A stretch of 64,000 nucleotides of DNA, from contig CM052816.1 in the NCBI GenBank assembly GCA_028534125.1, positions 56,546,001 through 56,610,000 of the forward strand, read 5' to 3'. Made by a program: the position numbers and the translations under genes. Source of the stretch: Lama glama. Lineage: Eukaryota. The notes beneath the pieces are model-generated. The model ran no database searches. It was not told the DNA's origin and saw only the letters and a program-made list of their open reading frames with translations. Shown piece by piece: positions 13,631 through 24,958 of this stretch (within the stretch, counting starts at the first letter, position 1; each line of letters starts with the position of its first letter).

Positions 13631-14964
13631 TGATTTACTCTCTCCTAGTCCACACCCTCTGCTCTAAGTCTGTTAGATCACAGGGATTGATCTTACTCAT
13701 CCACTCTCTGGCTTCAGATGATAAAATACGTAATAAATTTACCAATGTGAAGCCCAGCCAGGAGACACACAGAGAGGTGGGAAGGGAGGAAGAGTTACAC
13801 TCCCACAGCTCCACCCTTCCGGGGCCAGACCTCCTTCACCAGGTGGCTCCCGTAGGCATTTTCTTTTATCCTGGAAACAGCCAATGTCTGCAGGATGCTC
13901 TCCATTCTCATTCATTTCATTCTTCCCACAAGCCCCCTGAAAACCAATCTTCTTCAAAAGAAAAAAAGTCACCCCACTTGGACTAGCCCCTTACCCCATG
14001 ACCCACCCAGAGCGACAGGTGCTCGTCAATTCAAGAGACAGAACATGAGCAGCCATTGCTAACATGACGTCAGGCGCACCTATTCCTTTGCTCAGACTGA
14101 GTGGATTGAACGGGCTCTCCCGGGAGGCATCCATTCCGCCAAACAGAGGGACGGGCCATGGTCCCTGGAGGTGGTTCTTGCCCTAACCTCTACTGTGACG
14201 TCTCCGGGAGTCTCCAATCCAGCTAACGTAAGGTGGTAATGCATCCTTGTTTTAAACAGCCTAAGAGGCACAGTGAGAAACCAATTCCATTTAGATCATA
14301 GAAAGAATCAAATTGAAACTCAGATCAAAGCTCATGAAACATGCTGACTCAGACAATCACAGAGAACAAAGGAATTTTTTTCCTTTTTTCTCCTTTTTGT
14401 TCCTCTCTAGCCCTAAATCTTTTTGCTGAGACAATCGTTCTCAAGAAATAAGATCATACTGAATTTCAGAGGGAGAAATTAGATTCTGGTTGGGTGTAAA
14501 GAGTGCCCCCAACTCCCACATCTCTTGAATAAATCCGCTGTATTTGGCTACACATTTTCAGGATGAATTTCGTGAAATCACAGCACACTCGTCTTGAATT
14601 CTGTCATCCGCTCATTCTGTGGAGCATCTGATTCTGACAAAGCGCAGCATTTTCACTCCTTAGCAGGGCTGGTGCCAGGGCACAGCAATTACAGGCAAAT
14701 GTCAGTTTCCAAGTCCGCCACGGGGGGTTAAATTGGACATGGTCTAAAATAACAGCGAGGCGTCTGCTCAGTCCCTCGGGGTGGGGACCCACCCGCACAC
14801 AGGGGCACATGCAGCCGCAGAGAGGGAGGTGCTGCCTGACGGTGCTAACAATGCTGGGAAAGCTGCTGTCCCTTTGAGCCAGGGGCGTGGCACCCACTTC
14901 TGCCGAGTGTTCTCACTCAAAACTTTGTCAGAAGGGCCCAGCTTCTGAATTTATGAACGGACCG

Positions 14965-15380
14965 CGTGTTAGTTGGCTGGGACTGCCGTAACCAAGAATC
15001 ACAGATCCGGTGGCTTCAACAACAGAAACGTGTCTCCCAGTCCTGGAGGCGGGAAGTCCAAGATCTAGGAGTCGGCAGGGTCCTTTCCTTCTGAAGGCTG
15101 TGAGGGTGTGTCTGCTCCAGGTCACTCTCCTTGGCTTGTAGATGGCCGTCTTCTCCCCGTGTCTCTCCACATCACCTTTCCTCCATGGGTCTCTGTCCCC
15201 GTGTCCAAATTTCCCCTCTCCAAGGACACCAGTCATACTGGACTAGGGTCCCCTCTCATAACATTAACTTGATGACTCCTGTAAGGATTCTGCCTCCAAA
15301 TAGGGTCACATTCTAAAGTGCTGGGATTAAGGCTACAAACACATCCTTTAGGTGTGGAGGGGACAATTCAACCCATCACA
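14965..15380 (-). mobile_element. MaLR solo LTR, MLT1B/C-like, near full length
   Basis: CAGTCCTGGAGGCGGGAAGTCCAAGATC, CTCCTTGGCTTGTAGATGGCCGTCTTCTCC and AAGGACACCAGTCATACTGGACTAGGG, ending ACAATTCAACCCATCACA. Confidence 0.9.
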
Positions 15381-15409
15381 GACAACTGAAAAGGGATCTA
15401 ATAAGAAAA

Positions 15410-15630
15410 GCTAATGTTCACTGGGCATTTATGCTCATTCATTAAGTTCTCACAGCCCTATAAAGTCAGGATGAACTCTTTTTTTATCCATATTTTAGAA
15501 CTGAAGACATCGAGTCATGATGAAGTTAATTAACTTGCCCAAGGTCGCACCGCTGGTCTTACTGCAGAGCCAGAACTCAGACAGGGAGCCTGGTGTCAGG
15601 GTGGATTCTGGCCACCACTCTTTTACTCGG
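15410..15630 (-). mobile_element. MIR SINE
   Basis: TTATCCATATTTTAG...AAGTTAATTAACTTGCCCAAGGTCGCAC...GCAGAGCCAGAACTC antisense MIR core. Confidence 0.75.
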
Positions 15631-15739
15631 CCTCTGTATTTAATGTTTGCAGTGGACGGGAGAACGTGCCTCACTGACCTTCAGCCCGAGGGAACTTCAT
15701 TGACCAAGGGCCCAGCTGCTGTCCTCTGAAATCCCGTCC

Positions 15740-16020
15740 CACGTTTGCACTGAGGCCATGCTTCCCCCAGTGCCGGTTCCCTGGCGTCCTGAGACTCCTG
15801 TGGCAGCTGATGTTTGGCTTGTGGACCCCCTGCCAGCCTTGCCAAACCCTCAGGCTGCAGGGTGCCTGGGACGCTTCTGCCACCTCCCTTCCTGCCCCTC
15901 CTCTGCCCTCAGGGTCAGGCCTGCCTCCCAGCTGTCTCCAGCTCCCTCCTCATTTTCTTGCAGTTCTCCTCATAAATCCTGGCATGTCTGGTCATGTCTT
16001 AGAGATCCCAGACTAATACA
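15740..16020 (+). mobile_element. ERVL solo LTR 3' part (LTR33/LTR16-like)
   Basis: Ends CATAAATCCTGGCATGTCTGG...AGAGATCCCAGACTAATACA, resembling the LTR33 terminus (aataaatctcttgcacgtct...gaggacccggactaacaca). Confidence 0.55.
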
Positions 16021-18369
16021 AATACTCGATCTAATTCAAAAGTTTCAGAGAATATGTAGGCTCAATTCTGATTCAAATTCATTTGTTTTAAAACCATAAA
16101 ACTAAAAAAAAGAAGAAGAAGAAGAAAAGGAAACCCGCTGTGGTTTTCACCAGGTATGGTTAGTGATGCTGTTAGATGCATTTTTGTTTAGAGTTCAGGA
16201 AGTTAATGCCGTTTACAGCAGCTTTAATGTGGTTTCATTTTGTCCTTGCTCAAACACGGAGTTCCCAGAGCCCTGCACAAAGCAGACCCTCAGGCAAGCG
16301 GCCGACAGACCTCAGGGGTAGCCAGTGGCCTCTTTTGTCCCCTGATGTTTTCTGCCATGAGCTTGGCTGCAGGAGGGAGGCAGGTTCTCCAGGCAGGAGG
16401 CGGGAGGAGAAAGCGGCCCAGGTTGATGGTGAAGTCCTGGTTGTGTTACCTGGACAGGTGCCCCTTGGTGAAAGTTGGGCATTATCCCAGTGTGTCTGGT
16501 TGCACTTGGAGAGATGGGAGAGGCTCCCATGGCTTCAAAAGGAGATCAGTTGTATCTCAGAGGCAGGAGCACTGGTCCCTGGTAACATTTTCACCGGGCT
16601 GGTTCTATTAATAAACAATGAGTCACTCCCGTTTCCTCTTTTCCTTTACCGGTTGAACCATTCACCTTGGCAGTAAGCCCCTTATGCTAGGTCAGGACCT
16701 TTGGTCAGCTAGTTAGTTGTCTAGTGGACACTGCATTTCCCCAGGTCTCAGACTCCCTTTTGCAGGTAACGGAGCTGAATTCCAAATTGGGAATTCAGGT
16801 TGGGATGAGCGATCTCTAAGGTCCTTCTCTGGGCTAATAGTCTCTGAAGTGCCCATTGTGGCCTAAGTACTGATCAGCCCAGATACCTTCGCAAGGTGTC
16901 CACAGGCTAGAGAATGCCTCCCAGCAGTGCATCACTTCTGCTATTTTCTACCCCAGAAAACCCACTCTTATAGTGTCCTGCTGAATCTTCCCTGTGTGTT
17001 TAAAAATTACGCTAGCAGCAACTTTCAGTTCACGAGACCATCTCAGGAATTTTTAAAGCAGGGCACGAAGCTAGCTGATAGAAACTGGCTCCCTGACCAG
17101 CATGAACATATGTGGGGCAGCTTTGATGTGACTGATGGGGTAGTGTTTGCTGATGGAGCCTGCTAATAATCCAGCAGGAATGATGTCATTCTTGGCAGGG
17201 CCCAGAAAGAGCAACAAGGGGCCAACAGCTCCCCTTGGCTGAGAGAGCCCCTTTAGGGTTCCTTGGCTTTACTGTTGCTGAGCAGATGAGATTGCAAAGT
17301 TCCGTGAGCCCAGCTGCGCCATCTTCCCTCCTGGGGATGCGAGTTTTTGTCCAGAAACCTTGGGTCACTGGCTGGTTTGCCTAAACCCATTAGAGAGGTT
17401 CACATTGCCTTTGAAACTACTCCCTGGAATGGAGATTCAGGACAGAGCTAGGGGAGAATTAATTCCTGGGCAGACAGGCTTCACCCCATGGGGAGAGACT
17501 GAAGCTCTTCGAACTCTGCGAGTCTCTCCCGATTTTGGATGGCCAAGGAAGGGGTAGGACAGCCCTTGGGGAAGGGAGGACGCAACTCCGTGACACTTTC
17601 CAGAATTATAAAACAAACTCTATGATCCTAAATAGAAAGCAGCTTTTTCTTTTAATTTCTTGGATTTGCTTAAGCTGAGGACCCAGGGAATCCTCCTATT
17701 TCCAAGTGGAGAGACTGACTGAAGGTTCCCCCTCAACAGAGCCTGGTCCTGATGACACAGGCCACCCCAGTCGGCGGGCCCCCGCCCCCGGCTGGTCTGC
17801 CACCTCCTCTGTCCCTGCTCCTTTAAGGCAGATGCTTGTCCTGGTATGAGGACTCCATGCAGCCCTATCCGTGCTTTCTGGGGAAGCCCTGAGGAAAACT
17901 TACTTCCTTGCACTCAGCACAGAAATGTAGGGTCCCCGTCTGCGAGGAAAGCTGGGGGCTTGACCACGATATCGCAAGTTGCTGGGCTTTCCTCAAGGGG
18001 ATAGTAGTTTCGACATTGGCTCGGGAAAGTGCATTATCTACCAAATTGCCTAGGAATGCAGGCCATTAGTACATTACGAAACATTCTTTACAGACTCATC
18101 AGAGAATACGGGGCTTTTATGTAGCTGGTAATATCCTTGGTGATTAATCTGCAGAAGTTTTACAAATAAGTCTATTTCTTGATTTATGGAATAGAGGCTG
18201 TTTAGCAGGCTTGGAAATAGAGCAAAGCTGGTAAAGCAAATGATATTTTCCAGTTGACTTTTACGATCATCCGAGCTCTGTTGCCATGGAAAGAACTCTA
18301 CCAGGATGCTGAGCTGAAAAGATTTAGGAAGGCGGCTGATGGCTATTTCCAGTTCCATGGAGAACAACA

Positions 18370-18847
18370 TTCATCCATTCCGCAGATGCTCATGGAAACA
18401 CTGCCTACCGTGTGCCCCACAGTGTTTTAGGAGCAGTGAACAAAGAGGACACAATTCTCTACTTTCAGAGAGAACACGTGTAGGAGGGAGTGACAGGCAA
18501 TAATTTAAAAAAACTAGACTATGTCAAGTGATGATAAATGGGATGGGAAAACAAAAGCGGAGAAGAGAGAGAGGGAGAGCTTCGGGGCGGTGGGAGTACA
18601 CAGGAAGGCTTCTCTGGGACGGTGACATTCAAAACAGGGACCTAAAGGAAGGGAGGGAGGATCCGTGTGGATATTGGTGATACACAATCTGGGAAGACAG
18701 AGCAGCAAGTGCAAAGCCCCTGAGTCAAAAGTCTGGGGTGGGGGAGAAATAGTATATAGGCCAGTGGGGCTGGACAGTGGCGAGCAATGGGGAGAGGAGC
18801 GGAGAAGAGGTCAGAGGCAGCCGGACACCGGGTTGTACAGGCCTCAC
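18370..18847 (-). mobile_element. LINE-2 fragment, truncated by the gap
   Basis: TTCATCCATTC start, CAGGAAGGCTTCTCTGGGACGGTGACATTCAAA and AGCAGCAAGTGCAAAGCCCCTGAG are antisense L2 motifs. Confidence 0.8.
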
Positions 18848-19347
18848 NNNNNNNNNNNNNNNNNNNNNNNNNNNNNNNNNNNNNNNNNNNNNNNNNNNNN
18901 NNNNNNNNNNNNNNNNNNNNNNNNNNNNNNNNNNNNNNNNNNNNNNNNNNNNNNNNNNNNNNNNNNNNNNNNNNNNNNNNNNNNNNNNNNNNNNNNNNNN
19001 NNNNNNNNNNNNNNNNNNNNNNNNNNNNNNNNNNNNNNNNNNNNNNNNNNNNNNNNNNNNNNNNNNNNNNNNNNNNNNNNNNNNNNNNNNNNNNNNNNNN
19101 NNNNNNNNNNNNNNNNNNNNNNNNNNNNNNNNNNNNNNNNNNNNNNNNNNNNNNNNNNNNNNNNNNNNNNNNNNNNNNNNNNNNNNNNNNNNNNNNNNNN
19201 NNNNNNNNNNNNNNNNNNNNNNNNNNNNNNNNNNNNNNNNNNNNNNNNNNNNNNNNNNNNNNNNNNNNNNNNNNNNNNNNNNNNNNNNNNNNNNNNNNNN
19301 NNNNNNNNNNNNNNNNNNNNNNNNNNNNNNNNNNNNNNNNNNNNNNN
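18848..19347. other. Assembly gap (500 N)
   Basis: Run of N directly visible. Confidence 1.
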
Positions 19348-19564
19348 ACTCTACAAGTAGCTCTCAAACAAAAAAAGACAACATTTTAAAGTTCTTGGGT
19401 CCTGACTCTTAGTTTAGTGCAAGAGTGGGCAACTTTTCTGGCATGGGGTATCATACTCTGTACATGAACCTCTCGATCAGCTTCCTGAAGGCAGGCATCT
19501 CACCTTGTTCATCCAGGCTCCCCATTGTCCAGAGAGCCAGCAAGGGCCCAATAAATGCCACTCT

Positions 19565-19690
19565 ACTATTATCATCCCCATTTTCTAGGTGAGAAACTTA
19601 TAATTTGAGATTGTAATTTGCTAACGGTCACGTAGATCATTAGATCTGAGACTAAAACCTGTTTTTTTTTTTTTTTGGTCTGACAAAGTT
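19565..19690 (-). mobile_element. MIR fragment
   Basis: ACTATTATCATCCCCATTTTCTAGGTGAGAAACT...GGTCACGTAG. Confidence 0.7.
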
Positions 19691-20831
19691 GGTTTGAATC
19701 AGTGCTCACAGATTTATTGTTGGTGATCTGCATTTTGGAATGCACAGGAGCTAAATCATCAAATCTTTATTTTTTGCACTATGTAGATTTGTCACGTAAC
19801 TGAGGGGACAAATGGGGAAGCTTTCTGGGTCCCTGTCTCGTGGAGGCAGAAAGACGTGGGGATGGTGAGCAGAGAGCAGGAGGGAGGATCCTGGGCCAGA
19901 GCCAGTACTTGGACAGCAGAGTAATGCCCATTAAAGAAAGGACCTGGAGGAGGGAGGTGACGGGGGCACTTGTTACTTTTTTTCCTGTGGTCAAAGCTGC
20001 CAATCACTTCCTTCCTGAGTCCTGTAATTTATAAGTATTTGGGTGAATCCTGCTAGACGGTGGGATGACCTCTGGGTCCCAATCAGGCATTTTGGTGGAG
20101 GCATAAGTGACTTCTGGTTACTGGGCGCTAGGAGAGCAGGCTACTATCCCATCGGGAGCCAGGAGGAGAGATGAGGGGGGAGGAATGTTTTGGAAACGCC
20201 TGTTCCTGGAGCAGCCTTGGCCTGGGACAGAAGCTCTGCGATCTGGTCTTTAACTGAGGGTGGGCAGGTGAGTGACCTTGGGGCACTTCCTCCTATCCCA
20301 GGAATGGCGACTAGGAAGAGAGGAGGTTTAACGTCCTGGTGGTAAGTTCTGCCTGCCTCACAAACCAAGGCCTCATCTATTGGTTGGATGTAAGGGAGGC
20401 GGAGTCTGGAGAGCTGAGCTCTGGCCCCCAACTGAGATGCTCTTTTTATGGCCTTGGGCAAGGTTTCTATTTCTCCTGCCTTCCATTTTGTAAAATGTGG
20501 TTTGTTAAACAGTCGCTGCGATTTTCAAGCAGGACACTATGGCTCTATGGCGTTCTTCACTAGGGTCGCCAATATTTGTTTGCTGAAGATGAAGTTGCAC
20601 AGAGAGGAGTAAGAAGGGGGAGGTAATTTTGGAAAAGTGGGGGTGGGAGACCAAGGAGTGGGTCTCTAGGTAACTTCAGTATCTCTGTCCCTGCAGGAGT
20701 TTGATCAGGTAACTAGGTGGGGTGAGGGGGAGCTCTTCCTTCAGATCGAGTTCCATTTGGGGAAAGAAATACAGGAAAGGAACCCAAGCTATGTTGGAGA
20801 AGAAATGAAGTTGTCTTCCCTTTTGTGTCAC

Positions 20832-20949
20832 TAACTAAATCCAACTTCCAGGTGACATTTGGTTATACCTGCATAGCTGACTCCAGCCCATAACTAAATC
20901 CAACTTCCAGGTGACATTTGGTTATACCTGCATAGCTGACTCCAGCCCA
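20832..20949 (+). repeat. Perfect tandem duplication, 2 x 59 bp
   Basis: TAACTAAATCCAACTTCCAGGTGACATTTGGTTATACCTGCATAGCTGACTCCAGCCCA occurs identically at 20832-20890 and 20891-20949. Confidence 0.97.
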
Positions 20950-23900
20950 CATATCCTTGCCCCACCTAAAGCTTCCCAATTCGTCATCCCCATTTTAGGG
21001 ATGAATGATCCAAGCACTCAGACAGCTGGAATTATCCTGCCCGATAGCGCCCACTATTTGACTCAGAAATCACAATAAAAAAAAAAAAAAAGCAGGCCCG
21101 GAAAGGCAAGCACCCTAGTGGAAAAAGCAATGGCACCCTCCTTAAATAGCCTTTCTGAAACCTCTTCAGCTTATAGTGACTAATTTAACTCCATAGAAAA
21201 TAAATTGGCTCTGAGTCACGTAATATGTGTCTGCCTGCAGATGATAAATTGCATAACAGATCCAGCCAAATATTGTAGCCTAAATATTGGCCCTATTAGC
21301 ACTGTTGAGCTGAATTTTTCAGAACACAATTCATAGCATTCCCCCACAAGCCCCTTCTTCCACTGTACAGAGCATGCTTTTTTTTTTTCCTGTTTCTTCA
21401 GCTCCAGCCGGGGGCCCCTACAGCGACCTAACCCTCTTTGACATATGCAGTTTTCTGATTTATGGGAATCATGAAAGATTACTGTGCTCTATCTGAATGA
21501 AGGTCCTCACTGTGAAAACCTCACAAAGACCACAGACACAGACACTCGTCTGCCGCAGCCGGCTCTCCTGCCCTTTGAAAGGAGCCATTCAGCATGCAGC
21601 AGCCGGGCTGTGCCTTGAGCTCAGTGGGCTTGTGTTTTGCTGGGACATTGTTATGGACTAGGGTGCTTTTCTGGGTGCTGTGTAAAAGTTTGCCATCAAC
21701 ACTTGCCCAGTCTGTGTCTGGTAAACATTTACCACTTAGAACTGGAGCACAGAAACTGAGCAACAGGACACTGTTGGCAGCCCGAGTCACTAGGGAGGGG
21801 CTGGGACCCACGAGGGGACTTGAACGGCTCAGCGGGAGCCTTCTGGGCTCTAAGCAGTTCACATAAGACTTGGTCTGAATCCCCAGTTTGACCATGGCAG
21901 GAGTCGTGGCAAGTAAAGGTCCAGGCAGAGATCTAATGAGTGTGTACAGGCACGGGGTTTGTTTCCTTGGATGAATGTCTGGTTCTCATGGGTGACCTCT
22001 GCCTTATGGAGAGAGAAGGGAAAGAGAATTTCCTCCTCGCCTCGCCTTTGTTGTCTCTGTCTCCCTGCTGAGCCTGGAGAGCGGAGGGGAAGTAAGAACG
22101 CAGTACAGGGTGGTGGCTCAGAGCTCACACTGCGTTTGGCAAGACACGCACATTATTCCCCGTCCACCAAGGCTTTAATGAGCTTTTGTGGTCATGGGCA
22201 ATGAGCACTCCTGGCCTTCCTGGGCTAGAGCCCAGTCCAAGTTGAACCAGAGAACTTAACTGTTTTTCTTATTACACCAACAGAACTTTGGCTTTTCCAG
22301 AAAGTCCAGGACAAGTGACAAAGTGGAATGGCGAAGAAGGTTCTCAGAGGAGAGAAGCTTTAGGACGGGGAGGTTAGCTTAAAAATAGGGTGGTCCCCTT
22401 GAGGGCTCTTGTGTTTGACTCTTTTTCTCTTGGGTTTTTGTTCTGCATTGTAATTCCCTCCTTCACCCCCAGAATTTTGGCAGTGTCTGCTTTTCAGGAC
22501 ACCTTACTGAGTGGTGTCAAGAGGGATGAGGGTAAGAGTCGCTACATCCAGAGTTGCCAGAAGTGGTATCAAGTGAGGCCAGCAGCTGCAGGAGCCGAGA
22601 ATGACGTCTGAGAGTCAGGAGAGGGCAGAGAACCAGCTCATGGTGGGAACTATCTGAGGACAAAATGGTACATCAACCCCTTATAGAAAGGATACTGCAG
22701 AAAAGAAGGGAGTGTGGGGCAGACCTGGGCTGCCATAGGGTGTTGCTGGAGAAAGATCAAGCCTCAGAAGACTAGACCTGGAATTTAAAGAAGGCAGATA
22801 TGGGTTCCATCGTTAGCATATGACCTGGTGATTAGGTATCATTAGAGCTTCCCCTTGGATGTTGGGCAAAAGGTCATGGAACTTCCTTGACTCTTTGCAG
22901 TGCCTGTTAGGGTAAGGACAAAGGCCCCCGAGATGCACATAGCCTTGTCAAGGTCCGCAGGGCAGTCTCACTGTCAGAGTCCATTGTGAGCTCTTCCCAG
23001 CCACCTCCTCCAACTACTCGACCACCATCATCTCTTCCTCAAGCTACTGTGGCTACACCTGGTTCTAGAACACGTTACGTGGAACCAGCCCTGAGTCAAT
23101 GTCACCAGCACCTGGATCCCAGAGAACCACCGTCCCCACATCCTGGTCCAGCTCCCAAGGTTGTCCCATGGCATTTTGAAACTCCCAGGACTTTCTACTC
23201 TATGTTCGCACTTTCTGAGACAAAGCATGAAACGGATCAAGAAAAAGGTATGCGAGGCCAAAACAATGAGCTTTCTTCTGGGAAAGCTTGCCTCTGCACC
23301 CTGCCTGTTTTATTCCCAGCTCTTCACTTGGCGGAGGGGAGAAGAAAACCCCAGTGCTCGGGACCTCTGGATGTTGGTTTTATCTACAGTCCTCCTAGGG
23401 AGGTAAGGATGGTTAAAAACTACCAGGTTACAGACTTTCTGGAGCCTGGCGCTGTGGTCCTCAGCGGCAGAGATCAGTGGCCAGGAAAGGCTAGGTGGTC
23501 CCTCAGGACCTGCCCACTTCACATTGCCATGGATCTGCTCCAGGAACATATGCTAATTACCCAGAGACGAGTGTGTGCAACCACCCAGAGGGAAAACTCA
23601 GTCCAGCTGCAACAACTGACCTTGGTCTCATCTAAATGATCATCATATAGGACCCACCTCAGAGGAGCTCCAGGCTACTTGAGTTAAAATGGACAAGCCT
23701 CTATGCTGCAGACTTGTGTAAGGTGTAGACAAGAGCTGGCCAAGGTCCTCACCGCATCTTCCCTCTGCCTTTTTCATTGTTTAAGCACGAGGAGACTGAG
23801 CGCCATTCCCCAGGGAAACCAGAGCAGCTTATCCATAGGGCTTCGTTCATGCCTGGTTGACACCCGAATGGATAATTTTGCAAATTCACTTGAAAACTGG

Positions 23901-24289
23901 CTTTCTCTTTTCTGAATTTTCTATGGGGATAGTGTTACAATAGGACCAGTCGACGCAGAGTCACCCCCTTAACAAGGGCTCCAGAGAAAAGCCACCCATT
24001 TTCATTTTTATTAATTACTTTATGAAAACTTAAAGGGACGTGTCTCCTCGGAAAGCTCCAGATCATCCTGTGATGAGAGACCAGCGCCAGCACAGCCCTT
24101 TTGCTTCATACTCTGGGCTCCAGTCACCCTACTGATGCATTGAGATGTGCACAAAATATGACACAAAATGGGTTTTCAGCTGGGGTCTAATCATCTTTTT
24201 GTTGTAGGCAATCCATTTTATTTGCAGTTTGTTGTTGTAACCAAAGTTCCAAGAAAATGTGAAGTTCTCTCAACTTCTCTCACACTCAC

Positions 24290-24958
24290 CATCTTATCTA
24301 TCAGCAGACTCTAGTTTTTGCCTGCAAAACAGTCCCAGTCACTGTCATCACTAGGCTGACTTTTGCAAAAGCTTCCCTGTCTCCCCTCTGGCACCCCACT
24401 TCAATCAGTAGATTCTCCAACAGGAGCCAGAATAAACTTTAAAAATACGAGTCAGACCATGTCCCTCTTCTGTTCAAGACCCACCAAACGCTTCCATCTC
24501 ACTCAGAATAAAACCCAAAGTCTTTAGTTGGGGCCACAAGGCCTCCCTAACTCTGACCTTCTCTCTTACACATCTGGCCTCATTGGCTTCCTTGCGAGTC
24601 CTTGAACATCAACAAGTCTGTACCCCAGGGCCTTCACACTTGCCATGCTCTCTCATTAGCATGCTTTCCCCTCACAACTGGCTCCCTTCCTTCTTTATAG
24701 TCTCTGGTAAAATGCCATTTTTATCCTGGGGGCCTGTGACACCAAGGACACCCCTATCCATCCTGCCCTGCTTCAGTTTTCCTTATACTCTTGGTCATCA
24801 CGTGACATATTGCATATGAATTTGCTTATTTGTTTATTGTCAGCCTTTCTACATGAGCAGGGACTTTCTTTTGCTCACGACACTATCTCTAGCGCCTAAA
24901 ACAATTCCTGGCACAGAGCTGGAGCTCACTAAATATTGATGGAATGGATGAATGAATT
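24290..24958 (+). mobile_element. LINE-2 3' portion
   Basis: CTTCCATCTCACTCAGAATAAAACCCAAAGTC, CCAGGGCCTTCACACTTGC, CCTGGCACAGAG...TAAATATTGATGGAATGGATGAATGAAT tail. Confidence 0.88.

Noticed and set aside
18642..19412. ORFs of 200-241 aa spanning this interval
   Set aside because: Artefacts of translating through the 500-N gap.
20832..20949. Direct repeat considered as a possible CRISPR-like array
   Set aside because: Only two abutting copies, no spacers, no cas genes, and the DNA is eukaryotic.
22986..23639. 217-aa ORF and an internal AG...GTAAGG exon-like segment (23320-23402)
   Set aside because: GTG start and no recognisable homology; isolated splice-like signals occur commonly by chance.
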